From Eledone cirrhosa (taxonomy: Eukaryota): a stretch of 64,000 nucleotides of DNA. Shown piece after piece: positions 12,379-25,800 of the stretch. The translations under genes were made by a program, and so were the position numbers. Numbering within the stretch: position 1 is the stretch's first letter; each line of letters begins with the position of its first letter. Where the stretch lies: positions 26,722,001 to 26,786,000 of the forward strand of contig OZ024764.1 of assembly GCA_964016885.1 (NCBI GenBank), given 5' to 3'. Under the pieces are notes generated by a model. That model was not told where the DNA came from and searched no databases. It saw only the letters and a program-made list of their open reading frames with translations.

Positions 12379-13146
12379 ATGCAAATAGACTTAGAATGGA
12401 AAACATTCAGACAGAGAAGAATGGATAATGAGCGTCGTAAGAGAAATTGGCCAACAATTAATATTAATGGAAATCTAGAAGAATTTCATATTAGTGATAT
12501 GAATGTTTCGTGTGATCACTGTGAAGCTTTGAAATTTAGAAATGAAAATTGTAACTGTTGTAATAAAGGAAAGGTTGTGTTGCCTCCATTGCAAATATAC
12601 CCCGAGAGACTGAGAAATCTCTTTGAAAGAGGCCAGGAAGCAGTTGATTTCACAGAAACGTCTGCAATTAAAACTACATTTATTTCACTTCATTTGGTGT
12701 TACCACCCGGCAGAGGCCCGTATAGCTTTCATATTCAGGGTCAAACATATCACTACACCCCCATCTCTGTAACCTGCAGAAAATACACCACAATATGGCC
12801 AGTTATATATTATTGATGGGAACGAAGGTGTGTAGCACAGATTGGAAGTACGACCAAATAATTGTTTCTGGCACAAGGCCAGCAATTACTGGTACTTTAT
12901 TCTATCGACCTCATAAGGATGAAAACAAAGTCAACCTTGGAGGGATTTGAACCCAGAACGTAAAGGGCCATAACCCTATGCTGCAAAGCATGGTGTCTGA
13001 CGCTCTACCGATACTGCCAATCCACCGCCCTAGTACCAACAAATAATGACTGCTCACCATAAAAAATGGCTATGATAAGAGAAGTGTTGCATGAACGTAA
13101 TTCATATGTCGAAGTGTACAATACAATGCATGGCATCACAAATGAA
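12379..13146 (+). pseudogene. Degenerate Helitron RepHel N-terminal region (Cys-rich/zinc-finger-like part upstream of Rep), frameshifted and interrupted by a SINE
   Basis: ORF 12379-12816 has CDHCEALKFRNENCNCCNKGKVVLPPL and PPGRGPYSFHIQGQTYH. Alternative frames give HRNVCN*NYIYFTSFG and PQYGQLYIID (12788-12817). After the SINE the frame continues NNDCSP*KMAMIREVLHERNSYVEVYNTM. The motif order matches Helitron RepHel proteins as I recall them. Confidence 0.85.
12863..13029 (-). mobile_element. tRNA-derived SINE with Deu/Nin-like core, inserted in the Helitron fragment
   Basis: Minus strand reads GGCGGTGGATTGGCAGTATCGG (A box) ... GGTTCAAATCC (B box) ... TTTCATCCTTATGAGGTCGATAGAATAAAGTACCAG (Deu/Nin-like) ... 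AGAAACA. The TSD is imperfect: AGTACGACCAAATAAT (12847-12862) and AGTACCAACAAATAAT (13032-13047). Confidence 0.88.
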
Positions 13147-13170
13147 TATATATATATATATATATATATA
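13147..13170. repeat. (TA)n microsatellite ending the Helitron-like fragment
   Basis: Pure TA run; the homologue at ~41882-41909 is slightly longer. Confidence 0.9.
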
Positions 13171-13700
13171 CTACTAAAGTGTATGTAAAATTTTAAAATA
13201 AATACTTAAATTCAATTTGTATAATTACACATACAATATGTTTTGTTGTAAAACCCTAAATAATGATTTAAGAAATGATGTCAATCTCTTTGTACAGAGA
13301 AAAACAATTTATATATATGCATTGTGTGCGCGTGTATACTCCATTTAAGACATTGAAAAACCTAGTACCTCCTTCAAAGAATGCCAAATAGTTTATGCCT
13401 AAGGTGTAACACTAATTAAGTTACCGGTGTAGATATTTCAGTTGAACCCTGCTTCAAACATGCATATTATTATTATATATTTTCAAACACACTTACATAC
13501 ATTATATTTATACACATAGAAATAATAAGTTAAAACTAAAGTATAATGATATAACAACAGTATATAATAGTTTTCTTCACTTTATTGAAATGCAATCGTT
13601 TTAAAGAAAAAACATGACAGTATAAGAAATATTTAATATGATAACATAATATTTCAGGTAGGATGGTGGTTTCTCTATGATGGTGGTTTCTCTTTGAACT

Positions 13701-13848
13701 AATAATTGTTTCTATTTTAGGCACAAGGTCAGTAATTAACCAGTACATTACTAGTACTTTATTTTATCGACCCCGTAAGGATGAAAGGCAAAGTTGACCT
13801 CGGATCGTAAAGGGACGTAACTATGCTGGAAAGCATGGCGTCAGACCC
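13701..13848 (-). mobile_element. SINE of the same family, B box deleted, 5' end cut off by the satellite
   Basis: GTACTTTATTTTATCGACCCCGTAAGGATGAAAGGCAAAGTTGACCTCGG-ATCGTAAAG lacks the GATTTGAACTC segment seen at ~42104. It stops at CAGACCC, where GA repeats start. Confidence 0.85.
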
Positions 13849-16800
13849 GAGAGACAGAGAGAGCGAGATGACACGAGACAGAGAGCGAGATGAAATGAGA
13901 GAGAGAGAGAGAGAGATGAAACGAGAGAGAGAGTGCGAGATGAAACGAGAGTGAGAGAGCGAGATGAAACGAGAGAGTGAGAGCGAGATGAAATGAGAGA
14001 GAGAGAGAACGAGATGAAATGAGAGAGAGAGAGAGCGAGATGAAATGAGACATAGAGAGATGAAACGAGAGAGAGATGAAACGAGAAAGAGAGGAAACGA
14101 GAGAGAGGAAACGTGAGTAGAGAGCGAGATGAAACAGGAGAGAGAGAGCGAGATGAAACGAGAGGGAGAGAGAGATGAAACGAGAGAGCGAGAGAGAGAT
14201 AGAGGGAAATGAAACGACAGAGAGAGAGACAGATGAAACGAGGGATATAGAGATGAAACGAGAGAGAGAGATGAAACGAGAGAGAGGAAGAGAGAGATAG
14301 AACGAGAGAGAGGAAGAGAGAGATGAAACGAGAGAGAAGAAGACAGAGGTGAAACGAGAGAGAGAGAGAGCGAGATGAAACGAGAGAGAGAGCGAGATGA
14401 AACGAGAGAGAGGAAGAGAGAGAGCGAGAGATGAAACTCTGTCATGGCCATATCTGACCCTGGGGCTAATAATTGTCATGTAATGTTATGGACATCTCTG
14501 CCCCTGTGGCTAATAATTCTGTCATGTAATGTTATGGACATCTCTGCCCCTGTGGCTAATAATTCTGTCATGTAATGTTATGGAAATCTCTGCCCCTGTG
14601 GCTAATAATTCTGACATGTAATGTTATGGAATCTCTGCCCTTGTGGCTAATAAATCTGTCATTTAATGTTACGGACATCTCTGCCACTGTGGCTAATAAA
14701 TCTGTCATGTAATGTTATGGACATCTCTGCCCCTGTGGCTAATAATTCTGACACGTAATGTTATGGACATCTCTGCCCCTGTAGCTAATAATTCTGACAT
14801 GTAATGTTATGGACATCTCTGCCCCTGTGGCTAATAAATTCGTCATGTAATGTTATGGACATCTCTGCCCTTGTGGCTAATAAATCTGTCATGTAATGTT
14901 ATGGACATCTCTGCCCCTGTGGCTAATAATTCTGACATGTAATGTTATGGACATCTCTGCCCCTGTGGCTAATAATTCTGAGAGAGATGAAACAAGTGAG
15001 GGATTAGAGAGAGATGAAACAAGTGACGGATTAGAGTGTTGAAACAAGAGAGAGAGAGGAAGAGAGAGTGAGAGCGAGATGAAACGAGAGAGAGAGAGAG
15101 AGCGAGATGAAATGAGAGAGAGAGAGCGAGATGAAATGAGAGAGAGAGAGCGAGATGAAACGAGACAGAGAGAGCGGGATGAAACGTGACAGAGAGAGCA
15201 AGAGCGAGATGAAACGAGACAGAGAGAGCGAGATGAAATGAGAGAGAGAGAGCGAGATGAAATGAGAGAGAGAGAGCGAGATGAAATGAGAGAGAGAGAG
15301 CGAGATGAAACGAGAGAGTGAGAGCGAGATGGAACGAGACAGAGAGAGCGAGATGAAACGAGAGTAGGAGAGCTAGATGAAACGAGAGAGAGAGGAAACG
15401 AGAGATACGAAACGAGAGAGAGGAAACGAGAGTAGAGAGCGAGATGAAACAGGAGAGAGAGAGCGAGATGAAACAGGAGAGAGAAAGCGAGATGAAACGA
15501 GAGGGAGAGAGAGATGAAACGAGAGAGCGAGAGAGAGATAGAGGGAGATGAAACGACAGAGAGAGAGACAGATGAAACGAGGGAGATAGAGATGAAACGA
15601 GAGAGAGAGATGAAACGAGAGAGAGGAAGAGAGAGATGGAACGAGAGAGAGGAAGAGAGAGATGGAACGAGAGAGAGGAAGACAGAGATGAAACGAGAGA
15701 GAGAGAGAGCAAGATGAAACGAGAGAGAGGAAGAGAGAGATGGAACGAGAGAGAGGAAGAGAGAGATGGAACGAGCGAGAGGAAGACAGAGATGAAACGA
15801 GACAGAGAGAGATCGAGATGAAACGAGAGAGAGGAAGAGAGTGAGCGCAAGATGAAACGAGAGAGAGAGAGAGAGCGAGATGAAACGAGAGAGAGGAAGA
15901 GAGAGAGCGCGAGATGAAACGAGAGAGAGGAAGAGAGTGAGCGCGAGATGAAGTGAGAGAGAGAGAGCGAGATGAAATGAGAGATTGAGAGTGAGATGAA
16001 ACGAGAGAGTGAGAGAGAGCGAGATGAAATGAGAGAGAGAGAGCGAGATGAAATGAGAGAGAGAGAGCGAGATGAAATGAGAGAGAGAGAGCGAGATGAA
16101 ACGAGACAGAGAGAGCGGGATGAAACGAGACAGAGAGATCGAGATGAAATGAGAGAGAGAGAGCGAGATGAAATGAGAGAGAGAGAGCGAGATGAAACGA
16201 GAGAGTGAGAGCGAGATGGAACGAGTCAGAGAGAGCGAGATGAAACGAGAGAGTGAGAGCTAGATGAAACGAGAGAGAGAGGAAACGAGAGAGAGAGGAA
16301 ACTAGAGAGAGGAAACAAGAGAGAGGAAACAAGAGTAGAGAGCAAGATGAAACAGGAGAGAGAGAGAGCGAGATGAAACCGGAGAGAGAGAGCGAGATGA
16401 AACGAGAGGGAGGGAGAGATGAAACGAGAGAGCGAGAGAGAGATAGAGGGAGATGAAACGAGAGAGTGATAGCTAGATGAAACGAGAGAGAGAGAGAGCG
16501 AGATGAAACGAGAGAGAGGAAGAGAGAGAGCGCGAGATGAAACGAGAGAGAGAGAGCGAGATGAAACGAGAGAGAGAGAGCGAGATGAAACGAGAGAGAG
16601 AGAGCGAGATGAAACGAGAGAGAGGAAGAGAGAGAGCGCGAGATGAAAGTCTGTCATGTAATGTTATGGACATATCTGCCCTTGGGGCTAATAATTGTCA
16701 TGTAATGTTATGGACATATCTACCCTTGGGGCTAATAATTGTCATGTAATGTTATGTACATCTCTGCCCCTGTGGCAAATAATTCTGTCATGTAATGTTA

Positions 16801-19800
16801 TGGACATCTCTGTCCCTGTGGCTAATAATTATGTCATGTAATGTTATGGACGTCTCTGCCCCTGTGGCTAATAATTCTGTCATGTAATGTTATGGACATC
16901 TCTGCCCCTGTGGCTAATAAATTTGTCATGTAATGTTATGGACATCTCTGCCCCTGTGGCTAATAAATCTGTCATGTAATGTTATGGACATCTCTGCCCC
17001 TGTGGCTAATAATTCTGACATGTTATGTTATGGATATCTCTGCCCCTGTGGCTAATAATTCTGAGAGAGATGAAACAAGTGAGGGATAAGAGAGAGATGA
17101 AACAAGTGAGGGATTAGAGTGTTGAAACAAGAGAGAGAGAGGAAGAGAGAGTGAGAGCGAGATCAAACGAGAGAGAGAGAGAGAGCGAGATGAAATGAGA
17201 GAGAGAGAGAGCGAGATGAAATGAGAGAGAGAGAGCGAGATGAAACGAGACAGAGAGAGCGGGATGAAACGTGACAGAGAGAGCAAGAGCGAGATGAAAC
17301 GAGACAGAGAGAGCGAGATGAAACGAGAGAGAGAGAGCGAGATGAAATGAGAGAGAGAGAGCGAGATGAAATGAGAGAGAGAGAGCGAGATGAAACGAGA
17401 GAGTGAGAGCGAGATGGAACGAGACAGAGAGAGCGAGATGAAACGAGAGTAGGAGAGCTAGATGAAACGAGAGAGAGAGGAAACGAGAGATACGAAACGA
17501 GAGAGAGGAAACGAGAGTAGAGAGCGAGATGAAACAGGAGAGAGAGAGCGAGATGAAACAGGAGAGAGAAAGCGAGATGAAACGAGAGGGAGAGAGAGAT
17601 GAAACGAGAGAGCGAGAGAGAGATAGAGGGAGATGAAACGACAGAGAGAGAGACAGATGAAACGAGGGAGATAGAGATGAAACGAGAGAGAGAGATGAAA
17701 CGAGAGAGAGGAAGAGAGAGATGGAACGAGAGAGAGGAAGAGAGAGATGGAACGAGAGAGAGGAAGACAGAGATGAAACGAGAGAGAGAGAGAGCAAGAT
17801 GAAACGAGAGAGAGGAAGAGAGAGATGGAACGAGAGAGAGGAAGAGAGAGATGGAACGAGCGAGAGGAGGACAGAGATGAAACGAGACAGAGAGAGATCG
17901 AGATGAAACGAGAGAGAGGAAGAGAGAGAGCGCAAGATGAAACGAGAGAGAGAGAGAGAGCGAGATGAAACGAGAGAGAGGAAGAGAGAGAGCGCGAGAT
18001 GAAACGAGAGAGAGGAAGAGAGAGAGCGCGAGATGAAGTGAGAGAGAGAGAGCGAGATGAAATGAGAGATTGAGAGTGAGATGAAACGAGAGAGTGAGAG
18101 AGAGCGAGATGAAATGAGAGAGAGAGAGCGAGATGAAATGAGAGAGAGAGAGCGAGATGAAATGAGAGAGAGAGAGCGAGATGAAACGAGACAGAGAGAG
18201 CGGGATGAAACGAGACAGAGAGATCGAGATGAAATGAGAGAGAGAGAGCGAGATGAAATGAGAGAGAGAGAGCGAGATGAAACGAGAGAGTGAGAGCGAG
18301 ATGGAACGAGTCAGAGAGAGCGAGATGAAACGAGAGAGTGAGAGCTAGATGAAACGAGAGAGAGAGGAAACGAGAGAGAGAGGAAACTAGAGAGAGGAAA
18401 CAAGAGAGAGGAAACGAGAGTAGAGAGCAAGATGAAACAGGAGAGAGAGAGAGCGAGATGAAACCGGAGAGAGAGAGCGAGATGAAACGAGAGGCAGGGA
18501 GAGATGAAACGAGAGAGCGAGAGAGAGATAGAGGGAGATGAAACGAGAGAGTGATAGCTAGATGAAACGAGAGAGAGAGGAATAGAGAGATGGAACGAGA
18601 GAGAGGAAGACAGATATGAAACGAGAGAGAGAGAGAGCGAGATGAAACGAGAGAGAGGAAGAGAGAGAGCGCGAGATGAAACGAGAGAGAGAGAGCGAGA
18701 TGAAACGAGAGAGAGAGAGCGAGATGAAACGAGAGAGAGAGAGCGAGATGAAACGAGAGAGAGGAAGAGAGAGAGCGCGAGATGAAAGTCTGTCATGTAA
18801 TGTTATGGACATATCTGCCCTTGGGGCTAATAATTGTCATGTAATGTTATGGACATATCTACCCTTGGGGCTAATAATTGTCATGTAATGTTATGTACAT
18901 CTCTGCCCCTGTGGCAAATAATTCTGTCATGTAATGTTATGGACATCTCTGTCCCTGTGGCTAATAATTATGTCATGTAATGTTATGGACATCTCTGCCC
19001 CTGTGGCTAATAATTCTGTCATGTAATGTTATGGACATCTCTGTCCCTGTGGCTAATAAATTTGTCATGTAATGTTATGGACATCTCTGCCCCTGTGGCT
19101 AATAAATCTGTCATGTAATGTTATGGACATCTCTGCCCCTGTGGCTAATAATTCTGACATGTAATGTTATGGATATCTCTGCCCCTGTGGCTAATAATTC
19201 TGAGAGAGATGAAACAAGTGAGGGATAAGAGAGAGATGAAACAAGTGAGGGATTAGAGTGTTGAAACAAGAGAGAGAGAGGAAGAGAGAGTGAGAGCGAG
19301 ATCAAACGAGAGAGAGAGAGCGAGATGAAATGAGAGAGAGAGAGCGAGATGAAATGAGAGAGAGAGAGCGAGATGAAACGAGACAGAGAGAGCGAGGTGA
19401 AACGAGAGAGAGAGAGAGCGAAATGAAACGAGACAGATTAGAGCGAGATGAAACGAGAGAGAGAGAGCGAGATGAAATGAGAGAGAGAGAGCGAGATGAA
19501 ACGAGAGAGTGAGAGCTAGAGGAAACGATAGAGAGAGGAAATGAGAGAGAGAGGAAACGAGAGAGAGGATACGAGAGAGAGGAAACGAGAGTAGAGAGCG
19601 AGATGAAACAGGAGAGAGAGAGCGAGATGAAACAGGAGAGAGAGAGCGAGATGAAACGAGAGGGAGAGAGAGATGAAACGAGAGAGCGAGAGAGAGATAG
19701 AGGGAGATGAAACGACAGAGAGAGAGACAGATGAAACAAGTGAGGGATAAGAGAGAGATGAAACAAGTGAGGGATTAGAGTGTTGAAACAAGAGAGAGAG

Positions 19801-22800
19801 AGGAAGAGAGAGTGAGAGCGAGATCAAACGAGAGAGAGAGAGCGAGATGAAATGAGAGATTGAGAGTGAGATGAAACGAGAGAGTGAGAGAGAGCGAGAT
19901 GAAATGAGAGAGAGAGAGCGAGATGAAATGAGAGAGAGAGAGCGAGATGAAATGAGAGAGAGAGAGCGAGATGAAACGAGACAGAGAGAGCGGGATGAAA
20001 CGAGACAGAGAGATCGAGATGAAATGAGAGAGAGAGAGCGAGATGAAATGAGAGAGTGAGAGCGAGATCAAACGAGAGAGAGAGAGCGAGATGAAATGAG
20101 AGAGTGAGAGCGAGATGAAACGAGAGAGAGAGAGCGAGATGAAATGAGAGAGCGAGAGCGAGATGAAATGAGAGAGAGAGAGCGAGATGAAACGAGACAG
20201 AGAGAGCGAGATGAAACGAAAGAGAGAGAGAGCGAAATGAAACGAGACAGATTAGAGCAAGATGAAACGAGAGAGAGAGAGCGAGATGAAATGAGAGAGA
20301 GAGAGCGAGATGAAACGAGAGAGTGAGAGCTAGAGGAAACGAGAGAGAGAGGAAACGAGAGTAGAGAGCGAGATGAAACAGGAGAGAGAGAGCGAGATGA
20401 AACAGGAGAGAGAGAGCGAGATGAAACAGGAGAGAGAGAGCGAGATGAAACAGGAGAGAGAGAGCGAGATGAAACGAGAGGGAGAGAGAGATGAAACGAG
20501 AGAGCGAGAGAGAGATAGAGGGAGATGAAACGACAGAGAGAGAGACAGATGAAACGAGGGAGATAGAGATGAAACGAGAGAGAGAGATGAAACGAGAGAG
20601 AGGAAGAGAGAGATGGAACGAGAGAGAGAAAGAGAGAGATGAAACGAGAGAGAGAGAGAGCGAGATGAAACGAGAGAGAGGAAGAGAGAGAACGCGAGAT
20701 GAAACGAGAGAGAGAGAGAGCAAGATGAAACGAGAGAGAGGAAGAGAGAGAGCGCAAGATGAAACGAGAGAGAGAGAGCGCGAGATGAAAGTCTGTCATG
20801 TAATGTTATGGACACATCTGCCCTTGGGGCTAATAATTGTCATGTAATGTTATGGAAATCTCTGCCCCTGTGGCTAATAATTCTGTCATGTAATGTTATG
20901 GACATCTCTGCCCCTGTGGCTAATAATTCTGTCATGTAATGTTATGGACATCTCTGCCCCTGTGGCTAATAAATCTGTCATGTAATGTTATGGACATCTC
21001 TGCCCCTGTGGCTAATAATTCTGACATGTAATGTTATGGACATCTCTGCCCCTGTGGCTAATAAATATGACATGTAATGTTATGGACATCTCTGCCCCTG
21101 TGGCTAATAAATCTGTCATGTAATGTTATGGACATCTCTGCCCCTGTGGCTAATAATTCTGACATGTAATGTTATGGACATCTCTGCCCCTGTGGCTAAT
21201 AATTCTGAGATAGATGAAACAAGTGAGGGATTAGATAGAGATGAAACAAGTGAGGGATTAGAGTGTTGAAACAAGAGAGAGAGAGGAAGAGAGAGTGAAA
21301 GCGAAATCAAACGAGAGAGAGCGAGATGAAATGAGAGAGTGAGAGCGAGATGAAACGAGAGAGAGAGAGAGAGCGAGATGAAATGAGAGAGAGAGAGCGA
21401 GATGAAATGAGAGAGAGAGAGCGAGATGAAACGAGACAGAGAGAGCGGGATGAAACGAGACAGAGAGAGCAAGAGCGAGATGAAACGAGACAGAGAGAGC
21501 GAGATGAAACGAGAGAGAGAGAGCGAGATGAAATGAGAGAGAGAGAGCGAGATGAAATGAGAGAGAGAGAGCGAGATGAAACGAGAGAGTGAGAGCGAGA
21601 TGGAACGAGACAGAGAGAGCGAGATGAAACGAGAGTGGGAGAGCTAGATGAAACGAGAGAGAGAGGAAACGAGAGAGACGAAACGAGAGAGAGGAAACGA
21701 GAGTAGAGAGCGAGATGAAACAGGAGAGAGAGAGCGAGATGAAACAGGAGAGAGAGAGCGAGATGAAACGAGAGGGAGAGAGAGATGAAACGAGAGAGCG
21801 AGAGAGAGATAGAGGGAGATGAAACGACAGAGAGAGATACAGATGAAACGAGGGAGATAGACATGAAACGAGAGAGAGAGATGAAACGAGAGAGAGGAAG
21901 AGAGAGATGGAACGAGAAAGAGGAAGAGAGAGATGGAACGAGAGAGAGGAAGACAGAGATGAAACGAGAGAGAGAGAGAGCAAGATGAAACGAGAGAGAG
22001 AGATGTAACGAGAGAGAGGAAGAGAGAAATGGAACGAGCGAGAGGAAGACAGAGATGAAACGAGACAGAGAGAGATCGAGATGAAACGAGAGAGAGGAAG
22101 AGAGAGAGCGCAAGATGAAACGAGAGAGAGAGAGAGAGCGAGATGAAACGAGAGAGAGGAAGAGAGAGAGCGCGAGATGAAACAAGAGAGAGGAAGAGAG
22201 AGAGCGCGAGATGAAATGAGAGAGAGAGAGCGAGATGAAATGAGAGATTGAGAGTGAGATGAAACGAGAGAGTGAGAGAGAGCGAGATGAAATGACAGAG
22301 AGAGAGCGAGATGAAATGAGAGAGAGAGAGCGAGATGAAACGAGACAGAGAGAGCGGGATGAAACGAGACAGAGAGATCGAGATGAAATGAGAGAGAGAG
22401 AGCGAGATGAAATGAGAGAGAGAGAGCGAGATGAAACGAGAGAGTGAGAGCGAGATGGAACGAGTCAGAGAGAGCGAGATGAAACGAGAGAGTGAGAGCT
22501 AGATGAAACGAGAGAGAGAGGAAACGAGAGAGAGAGGAAACGAGAGAGAGGAAACGAGAGAGAGGAAACGAGAGTAGAGAGCAAGATGAAACAGGAGAGA
22601 GAGAGAGCGAGATGAAACCGGAGAGAGAGAGCGAGATGAAACGAGTGGGAGGGAGAGATGAAACGAGAGAGCGAGAGAGAGATAGAGGGAGATGAAACGA
22701 GAGAGTGATAGCTAGATGAAACGAGAGAGAGAGGAATAGAGAGATGGAACGAGAGAGAGGAAGACAGATATGAAACGAGAGAGAGAGAGCGAGATGAAAT

Positions 22801-25800
22801 GAGAGAGAGGAAGAGAGAGAGCGCGAGATGAAACGAGAGAGAGAGCGAGATGAAACGAGAGAGAGAGAGAGCGAGATGAAACGAGAGAGAGGAAGAGAGA
22901 GAGCGCGAGATGAAAGTCTGTCATGTAATGTTATGGACATATCTGCCCCTGGGGCTAATAATTGTCATGTAATGTTATGGACATATCTGCCCTTGGGGCT
23001 AATAATTGTCATGTAATGTTATGTACATCTCTGCCCCTGTGGCAAATAATTCTGTCATGTAATATTATGGACATCTCTGTCCCTGTGGCTAATAATTATG
23101 TCATGTAATGTTATGGACATCTCTGCCCCTGTGGCTAATAATTCTGTCATGTAATGTTATGGACATCTCTGCCCCTGTGGCTAATAAATTCGTCATGTAA
23201 TGTTATGGACATCTCTGCCCCTGTGGCTGATAAATCTGTCATGTAATGTTATGGACATCTCTGCCCCTGTGGCTAATAATTCTGACATGTAATGTTATGG
23301 ATATCTCTGCCCCTGTGGCTAATAATTCTGAGAGAGATGAAACAAGTGAGGGATAAGAGAGAGATGAAACAAGTGAGGGATTAGAGTGTTGAAACAAGAG
23401 AGAGAGAGGAAGAGAGAGTGAGAGCGAGATCAAACGAGAGAGAGAGAGAGAGCGAGATGAAATGAGAGAGAGAGAGCGAGATGAAATGAGAGAGAGAGAG
23501 CGAGATGAAACGAGACAGAGAGAGCGGGATGAAACGTGACAGAGAGAGCAAGAGCGAGATGAAACGAGACAGAGAGAGCGAGATGAAACGAGAGAGAGAG
23601 AGCGAGATGAAATGAGAGAGAGAGAGCGAGATGAAATGAGAGAGAGAGAGCGAGATGAAACGAGAGAGTGAGAGAGAGATAGAGGGAGATGAAACGAGAG
23701 AGTGATAGCTAGATGAAACGAGAGAGAGAGAGAGCGAGATGAAACGAGAGAGAGGAAGAGAGAGAGCGCGAGATGAAACGAGAGAGAGAGAGCGAGATGA
23801 AACGAGAGAGAGAGAGCGAGATGAAACGAGAGAGAGAGAGCGAGATGAAACGAGAGAGAGGAAGAGAGAGAGCGCGAGATGAAAGTCTGTCATGTAATGT
23901 TATGGACATATCTGCCCTTGGGGCTAATAATTGTCATGTAATGTTATGGACATATCTACCCTTGGGGCTAATAATTGTCATGTAATGTTATGTACATCTC
24001 TGCCCCTGTGGCAAATAATTCTGTCATGTAATGTTATGGACATCTCTGTCCCTGTGGCTAATAATTATGTCATGTAATGTTATGGACGTCTCTGCCCCTG
24101 TGGCTAATAATTCTGTCATGTAATGTTATGGACATCTCTGCCCCTGTGGCTAATAAATTTGTCATGTAATGTTATGGACATCTCTGCCCCTGTGGCTAAT
24201 AAATCTGTCATGTAATGTTATGGACATCTCTGCCCCTGTGGCTAATAATTCTGACATGTTATGTTATGGATATCTCTGCCCCTGTGGCTAATAATTCTGA
24301 GAGAGATGAAACAAGTGAGGGATAAGAGAGAGATGAAACAAGTGAGGGATTAGAGTGTTGAAACAAGAGAGAGAGAGGAAGAGAGAGTGAGAGCGAGATC
24401 AAACGAGAGAGAGAGAGAGAGCGAGATGAAATGAGAGAGAGAGAGCGAGATGAAATGAGAGAGAGAGAGCGAGATGAAACGAGACAGAGAGAGCGGGATG
24501 AAACGTGACAGAGAGAGCAAGAGCGAGATGAAACGAGACAGAGAGAGCGAGATGAAACGAGAGAGAGAGAGCGAGATGAAATGAGAGAGAGAGAGCGAGA
24601 TGAAATGAGAGAGAGAGAGCGAGATGAAACGAGAGAGTGAGAGCGAGATGGAACGAGACAGAGAGAGCGAGATGAAACGAGAGTAGGAGAGCTAGATGAA
24701 ACGAGAGAGAGAGGAAACGAGAGATACGAAACGAGAGAGAGGAAACGAGAGTAGAGAGCGAGATGAAACAGGAGAGAGAGAGCGAGATGAAACAGGAGAG
24801 AGAAAGCGAGATGAAACGAGAGGGAGAGAGAGATGAAACGAGAGAGCGAGAGAGAGATAGAGGGAGATGAAACGACAGAGAGAGAGACAGATGAAACGAG
24901 GGAGATAGAGATGAAACGAGAGAGAGAGATGAAACGAGAGAGAGGAAGAGAGAGATGGAACGAGAGAGAGGAAGAGAGAGATGGAACGAGAGAGAGGAAG
25001 ACAGAGATGAAACGAGAGAGAGAGAGAGCAAGATGAAACGAGAGAGAGGAAGAGAGAGATGGAACGAGAGAGAGGAAGAGAGAGATGGAACGAGCGAGAG
25101 GAGGACAGAGATGAAACGAGACAGAGAGAGATCGAGATGAAACGAGAGAGAGGAAGAGAGAGAGCGCAAGATGAAACGAGAGAGAGAGAGAGAGCGAGAT
25201 GAAACGAGAGAGAGGAAGAGAGAGAGCGCGAGATGAAACGAGAGAGAGGAAGAGAGAGAGCGCGAGATGAAGTGAGAGAGAGAGAGCGAGATGAAATGAG
25301 AGATTGAGAGTGAGATGAAACGAGAGAGTGAGAGAGAGCGAGATGAAATGAGAGAGAGAGAGCGAGATGAAATGAGAGAGAGAGAGCGAGATGAAATGAG
25401 AGAGAGAGAGCGAGATGAAACGAGACAGAGAGAGCGGGATGAAACGAGACAGAGAGATCGAGATGAAATGAGAGAGAGAGAGCGAGATGAAATGAGAGAG
25501 AGAGAGCGAGATGAAACGAGAGAGTGAGAGCGAGATGGAACGAGTCAGAGAGAGCGAGATGAAACGAGAGAGTGAGAGCTAGATGAAACGAGAGAGAGAG
25601 GAAACGAGAGAGAGAGGAAACTAGAGAGAGGAAACAAGAGAGAGGAAACGAGAGTAGAGAGCAAGATGAAACAGGAGAGAGAGAGAGCGAGATGAAACCG
25701 GAGAGAGAGAGCGAGATGAAACGAGAGGGAGGGAGAGATGAAACGAGAGAGCGAGAGAGAGATAGAGGGAGATGAAACGAGAGAGTGATAGCTAGATGAA

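Larger units (their letters stand above)
12198..13848. repeat. Unique AT-rich island, truncated copy of 40971-42774
   Basis: Colinear and highly similar to 40971-42774 from CTGGTTGGAGTAATAACAG to GGCGTCAGACCC; differs by substitutions, a 30-bp indel and one SINE. Confidence 0.95.

Noticed and set aside
12863-13029. tRNA gene
   Set aside because: A and B boxes belong to a SINE head followed by a conserved core, tail and TSD; no cloverleaf evident.
13320-13366. Helitron 3' end at CTAG|T (13362-13366)
   Set aside because: No clear GC-rich hairpin just upstream in either copy.
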